DNA from: Eledone cirrhosa
Lineage: Eukaryota
NCBI GenBank assembly: GCA_964016885.1
Contig: OZ024740.1
Coordinates: 261,392,001 to 261,456,000 of the forward strand
Length of the DNA stretch: 64,000 bases
Direction of reading: 5' to 3'
Of the stretch, positions 36,878-49,086 are shown in pieces. The notes under the pieces were generated by a model that was given only the letters and a program-made list of their open reading frames with translations, ran no database searches and had not been told where the DNA came from. Made by a program: the position numbers and the translations under genes. Within the stretch, counting starts at the first letter, position 1. The number at the start of each line of letters is the position of its first letter.

Positions 36878-37059
36878 TTTCGTAAAAAGTAATATCATAA
36901 AACTTTTCAAAACGTAGTCGATGGTGTTTTGAAAGTTGCCTAAAATGAACATTTTGTGAACAAACTAAAAATAAAATAACTCCCCGTCTAAAAAAAACCA
37001 ATAAACAAAAACAAAATCAACATATATAAGAATTGCTTGTAAGTCAATTTATTTACTTT

Positions 37060-37690
37060 TTTTTAATTCTAAAAACGGATAAGGAAGGGAAAGGCAAGGG
37101 CTCTAGGGTCACAGGAGAATGGGAGGAGGAGGAGCTTAGGGCGCAGTGGTGTTGGGGCTGCACCCTGGGACAAGACCGCAAAAGAATTCCTGCAGACAAT
37201 GGCCAGTGACACCCGCTGCAACAGCCACCCCACATCACGGGGTTCCTTCGTCAGACGGGTTGCCGACGTTCCAATCTTGCGGAGGAGCTCAGCAGTACGG
37301 GGTCCGAGTACACCTGAGGTCTCGATGGTGATCGGTGCGAAGAAGCTGCCGGACAATGACCAGTATTTGTTTGTCTTCCTTTCCTCTGCATTGCAGGTCA
37401 CAGTACCGGGGTTTGTGGCCGAAGCGTCTAAATTGGAGGCGGAGAACGTGTTACATGTGGGGTCCCTGATAAGGGATCTACCTCCTTCGAATGGGAAGAG
37501 GGTAATTCCGTCAGGGCGATTGCCGTCTCCACGGTCTAGGCATGCTGGCTGCAGTTGTGGTGGGAAGTCAGCGGAGTCTAGGCTCCTCAATATGTCGTTG
37601 AGAGCGGTATGTCGAGGGAGCCGGCCAGCACTCTGCCAGCAAGACAGAGGGTGCAGGCAGAACTATGCAACGACTGCCCCGCAACGGCAT
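37060..37690 (-). mobile_element. CRE-like LINE 3' fragment
   Basis: DGNRPDGITLFPF...EERKTNKY...IETSGVLG...WLLQRVSLAIVCRN. Confidence 0.8.
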
Positions 37691-38127
37691 TTATTTAGTC
37701 AATAATTTAATATGAGTGGTGGTAAGAAACTCTCATGAGAGATGGACAGCAGACAGTCTTCACAGAATAAACTCCCTTAAGCCAGTGTTTCGGCCCTTAA
37801 CTTCAATAAGGATATTTTTAAGGATAAAAATAAGGATATTTTTGAAAATTAATATCTTAATGTGGCATAAATCTTACTTTCCTTTTCAAATCTAAGATGC
37901 TTCAGTCGTATTCTAACATGGCTTCGCTAAGAATAAAATCATAGCAGCAAATGTTTTGTTTTTCAAGTTTCATTTTAACTCATAAAATTAATGAAAGTAA
38001 ATCAAACCCCACCCCGAGCTGTATAATTCATGGTATGTATGTATGTATGTATGATGTATGTATGTATGTATGTATGTATGTATGTATGTATGTATGTATG
38101 TATGTATGTATGTATGTATGTATGTAT

Positions 38128-38735
38128 GTCAGGTCACCAGTTGGTGCTACTGGGAACATGTATCCCAGTACAACCTGTCTCATGGTCGGGTCGTTGGCGA
38201 CTAAACTGGCAACCCCACCAAGGTTTCTTGGCGAGGAGGGTGACTTTGGACATCCTGCAGGACTAAAAACAAAACCTGTCAAAGGGCAAAGGAGCTCTTA
38301 ACAGTCAATGGTCATCCAAAATCACCGGGAGAGATGACCCCTTAGCCTTTGTCAAGGCAGAATTCTAGGAGAAGGAAAACTCTGATATAACACCTGCAGC
38401 CCTGATGGTATCCAATGATATTGACTTGTTCTTCTTTTTGGTAAATATCATCTTGGTTAAGAGAGTGGGACTGGCTTTGTGCAATGCCTTTGCTCACTAT
38501 AAAAGCTTCACGGCACAGGCATTGCTTTATATCTGGAGATCTCTCTGCACTTGTCGTCACATGGTACCATGGGCCCAGCACTATGTGTCAATAATTGTCA
38601 CAGCTGTAGTGTTTGTACCAGAGTTTTCAAGTCGCTGGCTGGACTAAAAAGTCACACTTGTTCAGCGCATCGGTAGGGGTTCTCCTACATGGATATAAAG
38701 TAGTGGCCGTACTCGAAAACGAGTTGGCAGCCACC
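38128..38735 (+). mobile_element. Family A 608-bp element, copy 2
   Basis: Same termini as copy 1 and flanked by (TATG)n. Confidence 0.93.
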
Positions 38736-38833
38736 ATGTATGTATGTATGTATGTATGTATGTATGTATGTATGTATGTATGTATGTATGTATGTATGTA
38801 TGCATGTATGTATGTATGTATGCATGTATGTAT

Positions 38834-40912
38834 GGAATGATTGTGGGAATTACAGAGGTATATCATTGCTTTCTGTCGTAGGGAAAGTTTTATGTAGGGT
38901 GCTACTGGACCGTCTGCTGACACACATTGCAGATTGTGTTCTTCCTGAAAGTCAATCTGGTTTTCGTGCTGGACGCGGCACTACTGATATGATCTTCTCA
39001 GATAGACAGCTCCAGGAGAAGTGCATGGAACAAGGTTTGGATCTGTATCAGGTTTTTGTCGATCTGTCGAAAGCTTTCGATACTGTTATCAGATATGCAT
39101 TATGGAAGGTTCTCCAGAAACTTGGTTGCCCTGATAAGTTCCTTGCTTTAGTTAGGTCTTTTCTTTCCATGACGACATGCAGGCTTGGGTTAATGTCGGA
39201 GGTAACATGTCGGAGCCTCTTATCTCAGTAAAAAATGGAGTGAAACAGGGGGATATTCCAGCACCGACCCTGTTTGCCATATACTTTGCAATGGTTTTCT
39301 GTATTGCATTCAGGAATTGCGAGCATGGTGTTTACATCCGATATCGAACCTCAGGCAGCATATTTAACATCAGGCGCTTTGCTGCAAAGACAAAAGTATG
39401 TACATCAATCATAAGAGACCTCTTGTATGCAGATGATTGCGATCTTGTAGCGCACACAGAGAGTGATATGCAGCACAGTTTGAATGCATTTTCTGACGCT
39501 TGCACTGCCCTAGGATTGACTGTCAGTCTCAAGAAAACCGTCATGTACCAACCTGCCCCCGGTAAGCAGTACACTGAAGCAAATATCTATGTATATGGTA
39601 AACGTCTTGGAGTGGTTGATCAGTTTGTCTACCTGGGAAGCACTGTCAATCGATACAGCAACCTTGACAGTGAAATCTCACTTAGGATTAGGAAAGCAAG
39701 TGATGCTATCGGAAAGCTAGAAAGGCGACTCTGGGGTCGGCGAGACATATGCAGGAGGACAAAGGTAAAGGTGTACAAGACATGTGTGCTCTCTTGTCTT
39801 CTTTATGCCTGCGAGACCTGGGTCACATATCGACGCCACCTTAAGCAATTGGAGCGTTTCCATCAGATGTGTCTCAGACGGATCCATGGCGTTCACTGAA
39901 GGGACCACATCAGTGATGTCGAGATTTTGGAAAGCTCTATGTGTGACAGTATAGAAGCTCTTGTGCTTAAGCAACGACTCCGTTGGAGTGGTCACCTTGC
40001 CAGGATGAAGGATTCTAGAATACCAAAACAACTCTTTTATGGAGAGTTGGTTAAAGGAAAACGACCGCCACATAAACCAAAAAAGAGGTATAAGGATTCC
40101 TTGAAAGCCTCTCTGCTGTTACATGGGAAAATATTGCTGCTGATCGTAATAAATGGAGAAAACTGTATATGAGGGAAAAGTTGCCTTTGAGGCATCTCGA
40201 ATCGCATACGAGAAAGTAAAGCGGGATGTGAGGAAGGGCATTGCTGTTGCACTTCCAGACGGCGAGGGTCCTCCTATGGTGCTGACATGCAGCGTCTGTG
40301 CGAGACTCTGCCTAAGCAAAGCTGGACTCGAAAGTCATCTTCGCAGTCATAAAGTAAGACCAGTGGTTGACTACTAGGCTGCTGTTGGAGATGCTACTCA
40401 TCATGCTTGCCAAACAGGTGGTAGAGAATGTAAATCAGCAGGAGGGCTCAAGCGACATGCAAAAGTACATGAACTCCAACCACAGCCGGCTATTCCCAGT
40501 GAATGTTTTGGTTGCCGACCCTGTGCAAGACATTTTAGATCATGGGCTGGGCTAAAAAGCCACATTCCATCGCAGCGCTGTTAGTTGCTATCGTGTGTGT
40601 GTATAGATATGTTTATGTGTGTGCGTGTGTGTGTATATATATATGTATATGTATATTATTATTGTTGTTGTTGTCGTTGTTATTGTTGTTGTTATTGTTA
40701 TTGTTATTATTGTTATTAATGTATATGTGTGTATGTATATGTATATGTGTGTATGTATATATATATGTGTGTATATATGTATATGTATGTGTGTATATAT
40801 ATATTTCTTTATTTTTCTTTTTCTTTTCTTTTTTATTTATTTATTAATATATATATATATATATTTTACTCCTCGTGCAATGGCCATACTCGATAACGAG
40901 GGGGCAGCCATC
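38834..40912 (+). mobile_element. 5'-truncated zinc-finger RTE LINE, frameshifted copy
   Basis: Colinear with 43678-45794 but with frameshifts and stops. Ends GGCAGCCATC(ATGT)n. Confidence 0.93.
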
Positions 40913-40975
40913 ATGTATGTATGTATGTATGTATGTATGTATGTATGTATGTATGTATGTATGTATGTATGTATG

Positions 40976-41177
40976 ATCTAGAGATCTCTCTGCACTTGTC
41001 ACATGGTACCATGGGCCCAGCACTATGTGTCAATAATTGTCACAAGTGTAGTGTTTGTACCAGAGTTTTCAAGTCGCTGGCTGGACTAAAAACTCACACT
41101 CGTTTAGCGCATCGGTAGAGGTTATCCTACATGGATATAAAGTATTGCCCGTACTCTAAAACGAGTTGGCAGCCACC
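40976..41177 (+). mobile_element. Family A element, 5'-truncated
   Basis: Last ~200 bp only, including [19 protein letters not shown] and the terminal hairpin. Confidence 0.9.
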
Positions 41178-41563
41178 ATATATATATATATATATATATG
41201 TATGTATATATATATGTATATATATATGTATATATATATATATATATATATTATGTATATATATATATTATGTATATATATATGTATGTATATATATATA
41301 TATATATTATGTATATATATGTATGTATATATATATGTATGTATATATATATATATATATATTATGTATATATATGTGTGTATGTATATATATATATATG
41401 TATGTATATATATATATATGTATGTATATATATATATGTATGTATATATATGTACGTATATGTATGTATGTATGTATGTATATATATGTATGTATGTATA
41501 TATATATATGTATGTATGTATATGTATGTATGTGTGTATATATATATGTATGTATGTATATAT

Positions 41564-42170
41564 GTCAGGTCACCAGCTTGTGCTACTGGTAACATGTATC
41601 CCAGTACAACCTGTCTCATGGTCGGGTCGTTGGCGACTAAACTGGCAACCCCCCAAGGTTTCTTGGTGAGGAGGGTGACTTTGGACATCCTGCAGGACTA
41701 AAAACAAAACCTGTCAAAGGGCAAAGGAGCTCTTAAGAGTCAATGGTCATCCAAAATCACCGGGAGAGATGACCCCTTAGCCTTTGTCAAGGCAGAATTC
41801 TAGGAGAAGGAAAACTCTGATATAATACCTGCAACTCTGATGGTATCCAATGATGTTGACTTGTTCTTCTTTTTGGTAAATATCATCTTGGTTAAGAGAG
41901 TGGGACTGGCTTTGTGCAGTGCCTTTGCTCACTATAAAAGCTTCACGGCACAGACATTGCTTTATATCTGGAGATCTCTCTGCCCTTGTCGTCACATGGT
42001 ACCATGGGCCCAGCACTATGTGTCAGTAATTGTCACAAGTGTAGTGTTTGTACCAGAGTTTTCAAGTCGCTGGCTGGACTAAAAAGTCACACTCGTTCAG
42101 CGCATCAGTAGGGGTACTCCTACATGGATATAAAGTAGTGGCTGTACTCGAAAACGAGTTGGCAGCCACC
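41564..42170 (+). mobile_element. Family A element, copy 3
   Basis: Full length with an (ATGT)n tail. Confidence 0.93.
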
Positions 42171-42240
42171 ATGTATGTATGTATGTATGTATGTATGTAT
42201 GTATGTATGTATGTATGTATGTATGTATGTATGTATGTAT

Positions 42241-42848
42241 GTCAGGTCACCACTTGGTGCTACTGGTAACATGTATCCCAGTACAACCTGTCTCATGGTC
42301 GGGTCGTTGGCGACTAAACTGGCAACCCCACTAAGGTTTCTTGGTGAGGAGGGTGACTTTGGACATCCTGCAGGACTAAAAACAAAACCTGTCAAAGGGC
42401 AAAGGAGCTCTTAAGAGTCAATGGCCATCCAAAATCACCGGGAGAGATGACCCCTTAGCCTTTGTCAAGGCAGAATTCTAGGAGAAGGAAAACTCTGATA
42501 TAACACCTGCAACCCTGATGGTATCCAATGATGTTGACTTGTTCTTCTTTTTGGTAAATATCATCTTGGTTAAGAGAGTGGGACTGGCTTTGTGCAGTGC
42601 CTTTGCTCACTATAAAAGCTTCACGGCACAGGCATTGCTTTGTATCTGGAGATCTCTCTGCACTTGTCATTACATGGTACCATGGGCGCAGCACTATGTG
42701 TCAATAATTGTCACAAGTGTAGTGTTTGTACCAGAGTTTTCAAGTTGCTGGCTGGACTAAAAAGTCACACTCGTTCAGCGTATCGGTAGGGGTTCTCCTA
42801 CATGGTTATAAAGTAGTGGCCGTACTCGAAAACGAGTTGGCAGCCACC
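42241..42848 (+). mobile_element. Family A element, copy 4
   Basis: Full length with (TATG)n on both sides. Confidence 0.93.
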
Positions 42849-42862
42849 ATGTATGTATGTAT

Positions 42863-43375
42863 GTTTCTTGGTGAGGGGGGAGACTTTGGACATCCTTCAG
42901 AACTAAAAACAAAACCTGTCAAAGGGCAAAGGAGCCCTTAACAGTCAATGGCCATCCCAAATCACCGGGAGAGATGACCCCTTAGCCTTTGTCAAGGCAG
43001 AATTCTAGGAGAAGGAAAACTCTGATATAACACCTGCAACCCTGATGGTAACCAATGATGTTGACTTGTTCTTCTTTTTGGTACATATCATCTTGGTTAA
43101 GAGAGTGGGACTGGCTTTGTGTAGTGCCTTTGCTCTCTATAAAAGCTTCACGGCACAGGCATTGCTTTATATCTGGAGATCTCTCTGCACTTGTCATCAC
43201 ATGGTACCATGGGCCCAGCACTATGTGTCAATAATTGTCACAAGTGTAGTTTTTGTACCAGAGTTTTCAAGTCGCTGGCTGGACTAAAAAGTCACACTCG
43301 TTCAGCGCATCGGTAGTGGTTCTCCTACATGGATATAAAGTAGTGGCCGTACTCGAAAACGAGTTGGCAGTCACC
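42863..43375 (+). mobile_element. Family A element, 5'-truncated by ~95 bp
   Basis: Starts at GTTTCTTGGTGAGG and has the normal 3' end. Confidence 0.92.
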
Positions 43376-43481
43376 ATGTATGTATGTATGCATGTATGCT
43401 TGTTTGTATGTATGTATGTATGTATGTATGTATGTATGTATGTATGTATGTATGTATGTATGTATGTATGTATGTATGTAT

Positions 43482-45449
43482 GCAGTGGCTATTTCGAAGC
43501 TGAACAGTGGAAGATCTCCAGGTATGGATGGCATACATGCTGAGCTCCTACAATATGGTGGTGAGAGACTCCTGCAACATCTTCACTCTCTGTTTGGAGG
43601 GATATGGGCTAATGAATCCGTGCCTGAGGACTGGAGAGATGCAGTAATGGTGGTCTTGTACAAGGGAAAGGGTAACAGGAATGATTGTGGGAACTACAGA
43701 GGTATATCATTGCTTTCTGTCGTAGGGAAAGTTTTATGTAGGGTGCTTCTGGACCGTCTGCTGACACACATTGCAGATTGTGTTCTTCCTGAAAGTCAAT
43801 CTGGTTTTCGTGCTGGACGCGGCACTACTGATATGATCTTCTCAGCTAGACAGCTCCAGGAGAAGTGCATTGAACAGGGCTTGGATCTGTATCAGGTTTT
43901 TGTCGATCTGACAAAGGCTTTTGATACTGTCAACAGAGATGCATTATGGAAGGTTCTCCAGAAACTTGGTTGCCCTGATAAGTTCCTTGCTTTAGTTAGG
44001 TCTTTCCATGACGACATGAAGGCTTGGGTTAATGTCGGAGGTAACATGTCGGAGCCTATCTCAGTAAAAAATGGAGTGAAACAGGGGGATATTCCCGCAC
44101 CGACCCTGTTTGCCATATACTTTGCAATGGTTTTCTGTATTGCATTCAGGAATTGCGAGCATGGTGTTTACATCCGATATCGAACCTCAGGCAGCATATT
44201 TAACATCAGGCGCTTTGCTGCGAAGACAAAAGTATTTACATCAGTCATAAGAGACCTCTTGTATGCAGATGATTGCGATCTTGTAGCGCACACAGAGAGT
44301 GATATGCAGCACATTTTGAATGTATTTTCTGACGCTTGCACTGCCCTGGGTTTGACTGTCAGTCTCAAGAAAACCGTCGTCATGTACCAACCTGCCCCTA
44401 GTAAGCAGTACACTGAACCAAACATCTATGTGTATGGCAAACGACTCGGAGTGGTTGATCAGTTTGTCTACCTGGGAAGCACTGTCAATCGATACGGCAA
44501 CCTTGACGGTGAAATCTCACTTAGGATTAGGAAAGCAAGTGATGCTTTCGGAAAGCTAGAAAGGCGACTCTGGGGTCGGCGAGACATATGCAGGAGGACA
44601 AAGGTAAAGGTGTACAGGGCATGTGTACTCTCTTGTCTTCTTTATGCCTGCGAGACCTGGGTCACATATCGACGCCACCTTAAGCAATTGGAGCGTTTCC
44701 ATCAGATGTGTCTCAGACGGATCCATGGCGTTCACTGGAGGGACCACATCAGTGATGTCGAGATTTTGGAAAGCTCTATGTGTGACAGTATAGAAGCTCT
44801 TGTGCTTAAGCAACGACTCCGTTGGAGTGGTCACCTTGCCAGGATGAAGGATTCTAGAATACCAAAACAACTCTTCTATGGAGAGTTGGTTAAAGGAAAA
44901 CGATCGCCACATAAACCAAAAAAGAGGTATAAGGATTCCTTGAAAGCCTCTCTGAAAGACGCTAACATCTCTGCTGATACATGGGAAAATATTGCTGCTG
45001 ATCGTAATAAGTGGAGAAGGACTGTATATGAGGGAAAAGTTGCCTTTGAGGCATCTCGAATCGCACACGAGAAAGTAAAGCGGGACGTGAGGAAGGGCAT
45101 TGCTGCTGCACTTCCAGACGGCGAGGGTCCTCCTATGGTTCTGACATGCAGCGTCTGTGCGAGACTCTGCCTAAGCAAAGCTGGACTCGAAAGTCATCTT
45201 CGCAGTCATAAAGTAAGACCAGTGGTTGACTACCAGGCTGCTGTTGGAGATGTTACTCATCATGCTTGCCAAACATGTGGTAGAGAATGTAAATCAGCAG
45301 GAGGGCTCAAGCGACATGCAAAAGTACACGAACTCCAACCACAGCCGACTATTCCCAGTGAATGTTTTGGTTGCCGACTCTGTGCAAGACATTTTAGATC
45401 ATTGGCTGGGCTAAAAAGCCACATTCCATCGCAGCACTGTTAGTTGCTA

Positions 45450-45499
<50 letters not shown>

Positions 45500-45562
45500 G
45501 CTTATGTGCGTGCGTGTGTGTGTATATATATATGAATATGTATATTATTATTGTTGTTGTCG

Positions 45563-45607
<45 letters not shown>

Positions 45608-45794
45608 GTTATTAATGTATGTGTGTATATATGTGTGAGTGTATGTGTATGTATGTGTGTATGTATATATGTATGTATATATATATATATTTTTTTTATT
45701 TTAAATTTATTTATTATTATTATTATTATTATTTTTTTTATTTATTTTTTTTTTTTGTGCAATGGCCATACTCGATAACGAGGGGGCAGCCATC
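43482..45794 (+). mobile_element. Young 5'-truncated RTE (BovB/AviRTE-like) LINE with an uninterrupted RT and three C-terminal C2H2 zinc fingers
   Basis: Open frame of ~650 codons to the stop at 45443: NYRGISLL, FVDLTKAFDTV, GVKQG, LYADD, FVYLGS, RLRWSGH, then CSVC..HLRSH, CQTC..HAKVH and CRLC..HIPSQH. The 3' UTR ends GGCAGCCATC(ATGT)n. Confidence 0.95.
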
Positions 45795-45817
45795 ATGTAT
45801 GTATGTATGTATGTATG

Positions 45818-48800
45818 TTTTCTCTTTCTCTTAATTTCGAGTATATTTTTTTGACCGGCCACCTTCCTGGTGGCAAGGTTGTAAAAGAAAAGAAATTGTC
45901 ATCCCTTGAATCGCAAGAATATTTTGCAAATTTTGAAGGTGCCAGCTATCGCAGCCATTTGCAGACTATGAATTAGGGAGCTGCGCTTTTTGTCCGCAAA
46001 TCCAAGTTCAGTCATACTTTGGTCCAAGCGGGTCGGTATATAACCCGTAGCACCAATAATGATGGGTATGAAGCTAAAGGTGTATCTTGGATACTGGGTT
46101 TGTAAACTCCTCATCAATGGTCCGTAGATGTCCTCCTTCTCCTGTATTTTTCTGACAACGTTTACATCAAGTGGGCAGCTGATCTCCACAACAGAACACG
46201 TTTTCAATGTGTGGTCCCAAACTACAATATCAGGCCGGTTGTGCTTTAATTTGGTGGCAGTTTTTATTTTCAGGTTCCACCAGTATTCCTTAGTGCCATC
46301 TGTCTCAATATATTCTTCCTCGTTTGTTGTTAATTTTGTTTTCCGAAGTGCGTTCCAGATGGTTCTAGCTATCTCATCGTGTCTCATGGGAGGTAGTAGC
46401 GAGATGACATTCTTTCGCAGCTGGCAACAATGTGGTTTACATCCTCGATCTTTGTTTTACATAGCCTACATTTATTGTCAGCTGCTGGCCCTCCTCTTTT
46501 GTGCAGCAGATATTTGGTAGGGAGTTCTTGTTCCTGTATTGCATAGAGATATCCCTCAAGGTGTGATGTCATAAACTTGTCGGAACCCCATGCCAGGCTT
46601 TTTGAGTGGTTTATCCCCTCTATGGTCTGTGTTTTACGCCTCAAGTATCCATGCACAACTTTTTCTGTAAATTGGTCAATTTTCTTATCATGTTTGAACA
46701 TTGAATAGGATCTTCCGATTTCTCTGGGTGAGAGATTTATATCAGGCTTTATTCCATATCACTCCTCCAGATCAGTCGCTATTCTAATGATATTTCTTTT
46801 TTCATGCTCATGAACCTGGGCAAGATGGTTGCCAACCTTTTTCCTCTGTTGAAGGTGTTGCTTCAGTGTTACTATCCGGGTCTCATATGTTGTTAATATT
46901 GATTTTAGACCCCGGCCACCTTCCTTGCGTGAGAAGTATAGCCTATCCACATCACCATTGATGTTAAAGTTGCCAGTAACACTGAGAAGTTTTCGAGTTC
47001 TAACATCCATCTCACTTAGTTCTTGCAATGACCAGTTCAGTAGGCCAAATGTTGGCGTTAGAATTGGCACAGCATAAGTATTGTGGGCAATGTATTTGTT
47101 GTATGCTGACAGTTCTGATGACCATATATTCTTTACTCTTCTGAGGTATTCAGTTCTGGTTCTCTCCTTATTTATGGGTCCATCATATCTGACATTCTCA
47201 TCCTGTCCAAGATATCTGTAGTTGTCACCTGACTGCAGAGGTTGTATTGTCAGGCCGTTCATCTCTAGATTTCTAGAGGAGGGCACAGCTCTTCCACGTT
47301 TTACTGCCAAATATGCACACTTGGACTCACCAAATTTCATTTTGATGTCGGTTGAAAATTGTGTAATGAGGTCCAATTGTTTCTTGATGTCATTGATATT
47401 TGGCCCATACAACTTCAGGTCATCAACAAAGAAAAGATGGGAGATACTTCTGGGCCCACTTCTTTGTCCACCTTGTTTCCTGAGTAGGTAAGATAGTGGA
47501 TTCAGTGAGAGAACGAAGAGTAGCACTGACAAGCTATCACCCTGAAAGATGCCCTTCTGGTAATGTATCTTATCAGTCTTAACCTGCTCCTTCTCACCTC
47601 TAAGGATCAAAATGGTGTACCAGTTCTTGGTCAGGCGTTCAACAGCAGCTACCAGTGATTGTGGGACTTTAGCTAACTGTAAAGCCTTAATAATCCACCC
47701 ATGAGGTACACTATCAAATGCTTTTTGATAGTCCAGCCACACGACAGTCATGTTTCTACGATTCTTTGTTGTTTTTTCCTGAATCATTTTGTTAGTTAGT
47801 AGGTGATCTATGCAACCCCACACCTCCCTCTTTCCACCAGCTTGCTCAGGTGTTATGATGTTGTTGGTAGCACAGTGATCCTGTAAGAACAGGTTAAGGC
47901 ACCCAGTATATAATTTATACATGATGTTTTGGCAGGCAATTGGACGGTAATTTTTAGCAAGGGTGGTTTGGCTATTTTTGGGAATGAGGAGAGTAGTGGC
48001 AGTTGATAACCATCTGGGCAGTTCTTGTGTGCCCTTAATGGTTTCTGTAAACAGCCGTATGAGATCTTGCCGATAGAAAGTGAAATTCTTCAACCAGTAT
48101 CCTGTAATGAGGTCTGGGCCTGGTGATTTCCTATTCGACATTTTCTGTAGAGCTGTTTCCAGTATTGACCCATCTATGTCATATTGTTTTGTCTGGACAT
48201 GTTGGCAGTAGTCCTGTTCCAGTTCTTTTAGCCAATTAGCTTGTCTGTTGAATCCGTCATCCGTTTCCCATACAGATCTCCAGTAGCTCTCAACCTGTTC
48301 TTTTGAAGGGGTGTCGTTTACAGGGATTGAGCTTTTGCCACCGAAGCTGCGATAAACTGATTTAGGATCTCTGGCAAACAATCTATTTAGCACTTGTCGT
48401 TTATGTGCTGTTGACTTATATTTTAGTCTTTCTGTTGCAGCTGTGAGTTGTTGTTTCAACTGGTGTAATTTGGAGTTCAAAGTTTTAAATTTTGTATCTC
48501 CAAATCGTCTCTAACTTTTTCTTTAGGTCTTCCTGGTGTCGTGTGAAGTTGCTCTCTATGTTGCATTTCATAACGACTGCGATGTGTGAGATACTTCGTC
48601 TCAGGGACAAAATTTTGGTTTTTAAATTTCGCATCCACGCTGGTTCAGGCTTTCTGTTTGTATCTTGATTGCGTGGTTTTAGATGTGTGTTACATGATAG
48701 CAATGTGACAGCTGAAACATATAACAAAACATTAAGCGTTTCAAATGTCGTTTCTACACCTTTAGATCGTATAGCCTTCAGATAATTGCCAGCTATTTCG

Positions 48801-48999
48801 TTCACCGCTTCCAATTCCAATTTAGTGGGTTCTTTACTGACTCTAGTGTTGTATGGTCTGTCACTCACATTAAGGCTGTGTATCTCTTGAAACATATCGT
48901 TCCATATCACTTGTAGGGTGCCCACAAGTTTTTGGTGCTCTGTTTGTTCAGTAGAGTCATGAATTTCAGCCTCGTTGTTGATGTGGTGACAATTACTAC
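45818..48999 (-). mobile_element. R4/Dong-clade LINE (RT + CCHC + restriction-like endonuclease), 5'-truncated, within (TATG)n
   Basis: KSPGPD, NYRPIAC, WLDYQKAFDSVPH, GIFQGDSLS and HLFFVDDLKLY; CRLC..E..NHIVASC; RHD; RPDIVVWD..VEISCP..EK..Y. A few frameshifts. Confidence 0.93.
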
Positions 49000-49086
49000 T
49001 ATGTATGTATGTATGTATGTATGTATGTATGTATGTATGTATGTATGTATGTATGTATGTATGTATGTATGTATGTATGTATGTAT

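Noticed and set aside
38342-38647. Recurrent 79-80 aa ORFs (MLGPWYH..., MVSNDVD...) as a multicopy gene family
   Set aside because: They recur only because family A copies are nearly identical. The meaningful zinc-finger remnant is in a different frame.
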